A DNA stretch of 64,000 nt, from contig OZ240205.1 in assembly GCA_965197395.1 (NCBI GenBank), forward strand, positions 1,787,107-1,851,106, written 5' to 3'. A program made the position numbers and the translations under genes. Below, piece by piece: positions 58,423-64,000 of this stretch. The stretch comes from Vicinamibacterales bacterium. Lineage in GTDB: Bacteria > Acidobacteriota > Vicinamibacteria > Vicinamibacterales > UBA8438. The stretch's first letter is position 1, and each line of letters starts with the position of its first letter. The notes under the pieces are model-generated. The model was not told the DNA's origin and ran no database searches. It worked only from the letters and a program-made list of their open reading frames with translations.

Positions 58423-59199
58423 TCATCCTTTCAGGGACACGAGATAGGCCAGCAGATCCGCCAGCTCCTCCGGCGTGAGCCGATCGGCATACGAAGGCAT
58501 CGGCGACTCCGTGAGTACGGTGTACTCGCGCAGATCCGCTTTGTCGAACGATAGCAGGCGCTCCCGTTCGTCGATGAGCTGCACCGTGTAGGTGTCCTCG
58601 TTCAGCCGACGGCCGGTGAGACGCTCGCCGTCCTTTGTCACGACGACCACGGGACGGTTGATGGGCCACATCGACCCGGTCGGGTCGAGGAGCGATCGCT
58701 GGAGGCCGCTCGGCGGACGTCTGGCGCCGATGGCGGTCAGCTCCGGTGCGAGGCGGGGCCCGCGTCCGTTCACGCGGTGGCACCGCGCGCACTCGCCCTT
58801 GCCCCCGAACAGCGCACGGCCCCGCGCCGCGTCGCCGAGCGCGACGGTGTCCGCTTCGAAGGTCATGTTGCGCAGGTAGGCGACGATGCCAGTGGTCTCG
58901 GCCGGGTCGAGCTCGAACGGCGGCATGCCGGTATCGGGGATCCCGTTCCGGATGACGCCGCGGAGCTCGCGATCCGTGCCGCCGCGTCGCAGCTGGCCCC
59001 CACGCAGGTCGACGCCCGCAACGCCGTCGCCGCTGTCTCCGTGGCAGGTGACACACTGCGCTCGATAGATGCCCAGGCCGTATTCGATATCGGCCTGCTC
59101 GTATTGACCTGCATGCTGCTGCGCGGTGACGCCGACGCGACCGCCGAGCGCGATCAGTCCAATCACGGTCAGTACGTGCGCGAGACTTCGAGTGGTCAT
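58423..59199 (-). CDS. di-haem c-type cytochrome
   Basis: Start chosen at MTTRSLAHVLTVIGLIALG (ATG 59197-59199). CVTCHGDSGDG and CARCHRVNGRG haem motifs. A 4-nt gap to the PQQ gene downstream. Confidence 0.8.
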   Translation of the reverse strand: MTTRSLAHVLTVIGLIALGGRVGVTAQQHAGQYEQADIEYGLGIYRAQCVTCHGDSGDGVAGVDLRGGQLRRGGTDRELRGVIRNGIPDTGMPPFELDPAETTGIVAYLRNMTFEADTVALGDAARGRALFGGKGECARCHRVNGRGPRLAPELTAIGARRPPSGLQRSLLDPTGSMWPINRPVVVVTKDGERLTGRRLNEDTYTVQLIDERERLLSFDKADLREYTVLTESPMPSYADRLTPEELADLLAYLVSLKG

Positions 59200-59248
59200 G
59201 TGACCTCGCCCTGCCCGGATCATGTCGCAGCGTGCGTGATGATTCCTC

Positions 59249-59665
59249 TCACCGTGCGGGATCGAACGGGATCTCGTCCAACGCCACTGCATCCTCTGCC
59301 AACGGCGCATCGCCCGCGGACCGCTTGTTGCCGCGCAGGATGTAGGCCAGGAGGTCGGTCGTTTGCTGCGCCGAAAGCGACCCTGGGGCGTCCTGTGGCA
59401 TCTCCACCTGGATCAGCTCGAACAGCTCGCCGAGCGAGCGCCCGGTCCAGCGCGCCCGGAACGTGTGGTCGGCCAGAAGCGCTGCCATGTCTGGGGTCAT
59501 CTGGGTCAACGCCCCATGGCAGACGACGCACTGCTCGTCGTAGAGCGCGTTGCCGCGGTCGGCCTGGACATTCGTGTAGAGGCCGTCGGCGGGTTGCACC
59601 CGCGCCGCGGTGGCGCCGACGACCGCGAGGATCAGGCCGACGAGCGCCGCACGGCGGCTGTCCAT
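59249..59665 (-). CDS. mono-haem c-type cytochrome
   Basis: Signal peptide, then YDEQCVVCHG. Confidence 0.75.
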   Translation of the reverse strand: MDSRRAALVGLILAVVGATAARVQPADGLYTNVQADRGNALYDEQCVVCHGALTQMTPDMAALLADHTFRARWTGRSLGELFELIQVEMPQDAPGSLSAQQTTDLLAYILRGNKRSAGDAPLAEDAVALDEIPFDPAR

Positions 59666-59678
59666 GCTCCGACTGCGA

Positions 59679-60722
59679 TCACTGCCCGACGATCAGGGTG
59701 GCGTTGCGCTTTGGCACTTGGCCGCCGGTCTTGATCTCGGCCACCATCTTCACCGCTGCGATGTCGATCACGCCGACGCTGTTCGACCCGGACAACGAGA
59801 TGTAGGCGAACTTGCTGTCGGGTGTAATCGTGACCCAGTTCGGAGAGTGTCCCACCTTGACGCTGCCGACCAGGTCGAGGTCCGGCAGCGTGTAGACGTA
59901 CACCATGCTGTCCAGGCTGCTGTTCGCAACCAGATACTCGTTGTCGGGGGTCACGCCGATGCCGTGCGCGGTGTTGCCGCCGTGTCCCGGTGTCTGCTGA
60001 CCACGCGGGACGCCGGGGTATTCGATGCGGGTGACTTCCTTGCGCGTGTCGAAGTCCAGCACGCCAAAGCCGTTGAAGTTCGAAAGCTGCGCGTAGATCC
60101 GTCTCGTCGATCCGTCAGCGTTCGTGTCGAACGCCATTGGACGGATCCCGAGGTCCCAATAGGTCGTCCAGACGGGCATGTCCGTCTTCGTGTCGACGAC
60201 GGTGATGTTGCGCGCGCCCACCATGCCAGCGATGGCGTACTTGCCGTCCGGCGTGACATAGGTGTTGTGCACGCCGCCATGCACGGAGATGGTGGCGGTG
60301 ATCTCGTTCGTGGCGGTATCGATCACCTCGAGTGCCCCTGGGGACTGCGCGATGGCGACATACACCTTGCGACCGTCCGGCGTGGCGGCGATGTTGTTGG
60401 GTCGTCCGCTGAGCGGGATCTTCTTCGTGACCTTCAGCATGGCGACGTCGACGACATCGACGGTGTCGTCAGACTCGTTGGCGACGTAGATCCATCGCCC
60501 ATCGGGTGACGGCGCGGCGCCGTGTGCCCGCTCGATGCCGGTGATCTCGCCGACGACGGTGTTCGTGGCCGGGTCGATGATGTGGACGTTGTCGCCGGCG
60601 CTGTTTGTCTGCACGATGCGAACGGTTTGTGCAGCCGCCGGCGTCGTCAGTAGCGTCAACGGAACCACAAGCAGGATCGCCAGTACGGGCAGAATCCCTC
60701 CGAACCTGAGTGACGTGCGCAT
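59679..60722 (-). CDS. YVTN-type beta-propeller repeat protein, secreted
   Basis: Signal peptide and repeated units (...DGRWIYVANESDDTVDVVD..., ...DGRKVYVAIAQSPGALEVID..., ...DGKYAIAGMVGARNITVVD...). Confidence 0.8.
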   Translation of the reverse strand: MRTSLRFGGILPVLAILLVVPLTLLTTPAAAQTVRIVQTNSAGDNVHIIDPATNTVVGEITGIERAHGAAPSPDGRWIYVANESDDTVDVVDVAMLKVTKKIPLSGRPNNIAATPDGRKVYVAIAQSPGALEVIDTATNEITATISVHGGVHNTYVTPDGKYAIAGMVGARNITVVDTKTDMPVWTTYWDLGIRPMAFDTNADGSTRRIYAQLSNFNGFGVLDFDTRKEVTRIEYPGVPRGQQTPGHGGNTAHGIGVTPDNEYLVANSSLDSMVYVYTLPDLDLVGSVKVGHSPNWVTITPDSKFAYISLSGSNSVGVIDIAAVKMVAEIKTGGQVPKRNATLIVGQ

Positions 60723-60744
60723 CAGTTATCGCTCCTTGGTCTTC

Positions 60745-60793
60745 GTCACGCAGGCCTTTGGGCCTGCGTGGCAGGGCTGAAGCCCTGCCCTAC
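60745..60793. repeat. REP doublet (variant)
   Basis: CGCAGGCC-TTTG-GGCCTGCG-TG-GCAGGGC-TGAA-GCCCTGC-CCTAC. Lies intercistronic between two minus-strand genes. Confidence 0.65.
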
Positions 60794-60802
60794 GTCAGTT
60801 CC

Positions 60803-61195
60803 TCATTCACCCTGCACCCATGCCGCGAGTGTCTGAAACCACGGATCGTCTTGCGACGTGAACTGCCGTCCACCGTTGTGGAACTCGTCACCGCCGGCGT
60901 CGGGTTCGAGCGGGTGCATGAGCAGCCGACTGCCCAACGGGTTGCCCGGCGTGACGAGCCGGGACACCGCGTCGAAATTGAGACGTGATTCTTCCTCGGT
61001 CCACGCCGTCGCGCCGTTCGACAGTTCCTGGAGAAATCCGACACGCCCTCCCTCGGAATGACAGACGATGCACCGGGTGAATCCGGCCTTCTTCGCCAGG
61101 AAGATTGGCTGCACCTCGTTCTTGAAGAACTCGAAATCCAGGGCCGCCGGTTGCCCGACGGCCAGCGCAAGCATTATCGCGAAGACAGATATCAT
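60803..61195 (-). CDS. small secreted c-type cytochrome (planctomycete-cytochrome-C-like)
   Basis: MISVFAIMLALAVG..., FFKNEVQPIFLAKKAGFTRCIVCHSEGG. The ATG overlaps the ankyrin gene stop (ATGA). Confidence 0.7.
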   Translation of the reverse strand: MISVFAIMLALAVGQPAALDFEFFKNEVQPIFLAKKAGFTRCIVCHSEGGRVGFLQELSNGATAWTEEESRLNFDAVSRLVTPGNPLGSRLLMHPLEPDAGGDEFHNGGRQFTSQDDPWFQTLAAWVQGE

Positions 61196-62691
61196 CGTGC
61201 TTCCGGCTCCCTCAAGATGTCCGGTGGGCTTGGCATTGCGCCCAACGATCTCAGCAGCGCCGCCGTCGTGTCCGACTTGATGAAGTTGCCACCCGTGTGG
61301 ATGCCCTCGGCGATGACGAGCGGCGTCCAGTCCCGGTAGTTCTTCGCGTTCAGATCGGCGCCGCGGTCCGCCAGAAACTGAACGATCGAATCCGCCCGTT
61401 CCCGCCAGGCGGCGCCGTGCAAGGCCGTATCGCCGCTCTCGTTGACCGCCGTCACGTCGGCGCCGAGCTCCACGCAGAGGTGAATGGCCTCCAGCGCCTC
61501 CTGTTCCTTCGAGCGTGTGATGCCAGGGGCGTGGCCGATGCCCGCGGCCATCATCAGCGGCGTCGTGCCGTTGCTGGTCGCGATCAGTGGATCGGCGCCG
61601 TGGGCGAGCAGCTCGCGCATGACGGCCAGGTCGTTCGCCCGCGCCGCGATCAGGAACGCCGTGGCCCCGGTGATGTTGCCCAGGTGGCCCTTCACGCGGA
61701 TGCCGAACCCCGGTGTTCGCTCCGTCCGACGGTCTGGGTCTGCGCCATGGTCGAGCAGTAGCCTCACGGTGCTGAGTCTGTCGGACTCGCGGAGTCCGCC
61801 GAACGCGCTCCACTCGTTCCCCTCGGCCACACCATTGGACAGGTCGTTCAGCTCGGTGTCCCACTTGCCCGCCGCCCAGTGCAGGGGGGTGAAGCCGGGC
61901 CCGAGGTTCGGGTCGGCCCCGTGGCTCAGGAGAAACGCGGCGTGCGCGGTCTGCCGTCGAATGGTCGCGACGAGCAGCGCCGTCGTGCCGTCCCAAGCGG
62001 CCGCGTTGATGTCCGCGCCGGCCTCCAACAGCGCCTCCGTCGTCTCTCGGTCTCCCTCCCGGGCCGCGAAGAGCAACGCGGTATACCCGGTCGTCGTCCG
62101 CGCATCGACGTCCGCGCCATGCTCGACCAGGGTGCGCACGACGTCGGTGTGTCCTTCCCAGGCCGCCCACATCACAGCGGTCTGGCCATGGGTCGATTCC
62201 CCGACGTTGACGTCGACCGCGCGGGCCAAGAGCGGCGTGACCGCGTCCACCACCCCGCCGCGGGCGCAGGTCATGAGCACCGTCTCGCCCGTCGCCTGTG
62301 CTGCGTTGGGGTCCGCTCCGGCCGACAGCAAGGTGTCGACCATCGCGGCGCTCGCGTTCGTGCAGGCCAGCGCCAGCGGCGTCACGCCGTAGTGGTCGGC
62401 CGCATTCACCTGTGCGCCGGCGCCGAGGAGCAGGTCAACCATCTCCGCGTGATTCCACTGCACCGCCCAGTGCAGCGCCGTAACGCCATCCGGCGGCGTC
62501 GCGTTCACGGGCGCGCCGTCGGCCAGCAGCGTTCGGAGCGCCGCCGCGTCGCGACGCTTGGCGGCGTCCGTCAACGGATAATCGGCGGCGGCCAGGGTCG
62601 CGCTGGCGACGGCGACCAGCAGGGCCACCGTGACCGTCACACGTTGCATGGTGCTGTGCATCTCTAGGCGTCCTTCATTCTGGGCGAGCAC
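61192..62691 (-). CDS. secreted ankyrin-repeat protein (about 12 repeats)
   Basis: Signal peptide, then repeated G-x-TALH-x-A ... LL-x-x-GA-x-VN units throughout. Confidence 0.9.
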   Translation of the reverse strand: MLAQNEGRLEMHSTMQRVTVTVALLVAVASATLAAADYPLTDAAKRRDAAALRTLLADGAPVNATPPDGVTALHWAVQWNHAEMVDLLLGAGAQVNAADHYGVTPLALACTNASAAMVDTLLSAGADPNAAQATGETVLMTCARGGVVDAVTPLLARAVDVNVGESTHGQTAVMWAAWEGHTDVVRTLVEHGADVDARTTTGYTALLFAAREGDRETTEALLEAGADINAAAWDGTTALLVATIRRQTAHAAFLLSHGADPNLGPGFTPLHWAAGKWDTELNDLSNGVAEGNEWSAFGGLRESDRLSTVRLLLDHGADPDRRTERTPGFGIRVKGHLGNITGATAFLIAARANDLAVMRELLAHGADPLIATSNGTTPLMMAAGIGHAPGITRSKEQEALEAIHLCVELGADVTAVNESGDTALHGAAWRERADSIVQFLADRGADLNAKNYRDWTPLVIAEGIHTGGNFIKSDTTAALLRSLGAMPSPPDILREPEAR

Positions 62692-62699
62692 ACCCCGTC

Positions 62700-64000
62700 C
62701 TACACCTCGGAGAGGACCGGCACGTCGCCGGTGCTATCGCCGAGCGACTCGGCCGAGATCCCCATCCGCTCAAGGATCGTCACATGCATGTTCGCGAGCG
62801 GCGTGCCCTCCGCCAGACGCACGTGCCGCCCGCCCTTGATCGTGCCGCCGCCGCCGCCCGCCAGGACGATGGGCAGGTCCAGGGGGTCGTGCGCGTTGCT
62901 GTTGCCCATGCCGGCGCCGTAGATGAGCGCCGCGTGATCCAGCAACGACCCGTCGCCATCGGAGGTTGTCCGCAGCCGCTCCAAGAAGCGCCCAAAGATC
63001 CGCATGTGAAACGTGTTGATCTTGGCCAGCTTCTCCAGTGACTCCTCGCGCTGCCGGTGGTGGGATACCGGGTGATGCGGCTCGGCGACCCCGATCTCCG
63101 GATAGGTGCGAACGCTCTTCTCGCGACCCATCAGAAACGTCCCGACGCGGGTCAGGTCGGATTGATACGCGACCAGGAGCAGATCGAACATCAGGTTCGC
63201 GTATTCCTCGAAGTCGCCGGGGATACCCGCCGGCATCGCCACCTCCGGCAGCCCGCGGTCGCTCTGTGTTTCGGCGATCTGGATCCGCCGCTCGATATCG
63301 CGCACCGAGTCGAGATAGCCCGCCAGCTTGGAGCGGTCGCCCCGCCCGAGGCGCCGCTGCAGGTCGGTGATCTCCGCGTTCACCGAGTCGAGGATGCTCT
63401 TGTCCGCTTTGAGCGCCCGGCGCCGCGCCTCGCGTCCGGTGCTCCCGACCGCGCCAAAGAGATGCTCGAACACCGCGCGCGGATTGGTCTCCATCGGCAA
63501 CGGCGTGTTGGCGTCTCGCCACGCCAGTGTCGCGCTGTACGCGCAGCCGTAGCCGTCCTCGCACTGACCAACCAGCTCGTTCGCCTCCAGCGACAGCTCG
63601 AGCGATGCCAGCTGCGTGTCTGCTCTGAGCTCCTGCGCCGCGAGCTGGTCCATCGAGACGCCCACGTCGAGGGTCGTGTTCGCCCCGGACGCCTTCTTCG
63701 CGTGCGCGCCCGTGAGATAGGCTGCCTGGCACCGCGAGTGGTCGCCGTCGCCCTCGTCGAGCCACTGCTTGGCTTCCTCGTTGGCCATTCCGCTCAGGAC
63801 GAGCACCTGGTCCTGAACGGGCGCCAGGGGCGCGAGAATCGGCGTCAGCTCCAGGCTGCCGACCGTCGCCGGCCGCCAGCGGGCCATGCTCATCCCGTTC
63901 GGCACATACACGGCCCCGAGCCGCTTTACCGGCCGGGCCGCCGTCGCGCGCATGGCTGTCAGCGCGGGCACCATGCCGTCGAGCAACGGCAGCGCGATGG
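62700..64000 (-). CDS. DUF1552-domain protein (5' end outside the window)
   Basis: LGAVYVPNGMSM, VLSGMANEEA, GVAEPHHPVSHH, LPIVLAGGGGG. The frame stays open to the window edge (…IALPLLDGMVPAL). Confidence 0.85.
   Translation of the reverse strand, partial: IALPLLDGMVPALTAMRATAARPVKRLGAVYVPNGMSMARWRPATVGSLELTPILAPLAPVQDQVLVLSGMANEEAKQWLDEGDGDHSRCQAAYLTGAHAKKASGANTTLDVGVSMDQLAAQELRADTQLASLELSLEANELVGQCEDGYGCAYSATLAWRDANTPLPMETNPRAVFEHLFGAVGSTGREARRRALKADKSILDSVNAEITDLQRRLGRGDRSKLAGYLDSVRDIERRIQIAETQSDRGLPEVAMPAGIPGDFEEYANLMFDLLLVAYQSDLTRVGTFLMGREKSVRTYPEIGVAEPHHPVSHHRQREESLEKLAKINTFHMRIFGRFLERLRTTSDGDGSLLDHAALIYGAGMGNSNAHDPLDLPIVLAGGGGGTIKGGRHVRLAEGTPLANMHVTILERMGISAESLGDSTGDVPVLSEV

Overview
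GC-rich bacterial chromosomal window, by eye about two-thirds G+C. It is most consistent with Acidobacteriota: it has an ADOP-type duplicated permease, an ECF sigma / Ser-Thr kinase pair, and many secreted redox proteins. I recognised no rRNA, tRNA or CRISPR array.

Main points:
1. A probable selenoprotein at 3264..4802. An in-frame TGA sits exactly at the catalytic Sec position of an iodothyronine-deiodinase-like fold (GCLT-TGA-PPF) and is followed by a SECIS-like hairpin. The fold is fused to a DsbD_N-like domain and four EF-hands.
2. Six PQQ-dependent enzymes with c-type cytochromes. Four of the dehydrogenases carry the D-x-D signature associated with lanthanide-dependent enzymes.
3. Nine copies or fragments of one unnamed secreted protein family, sharing the motifs WG-x-PDL-x-G-x-W, DPPDGRIPP, WEGDTLV and (Y/F)EYACHEGNY. 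They are interleaved with the PQQ genes.
4. A fully resolvable nest of mobile elements: an ISL3-family IS, its MITE derivative, and a second 474-bp MITE. The two MITEs are inserted into each other reciprocally at two loci, all with exact 8-bp target duplications. The window also holds an IS3-family IS and a group II intron.
5. GTAG-headed REP doublets with compensatory stem changes.
6. An unusual sensor protein (Cache-like / HAMP / degenerate class III cyclase / Ser-Thr kinase) in a tight three-gene cluster with an outer-membrane barrel and a blue-copper protein.

The first ~10 kb is a gene-decay zone full of truncated and frameshifted remnants. Long ORFs antisense to real genes are common and were rejected as GC artefacts.
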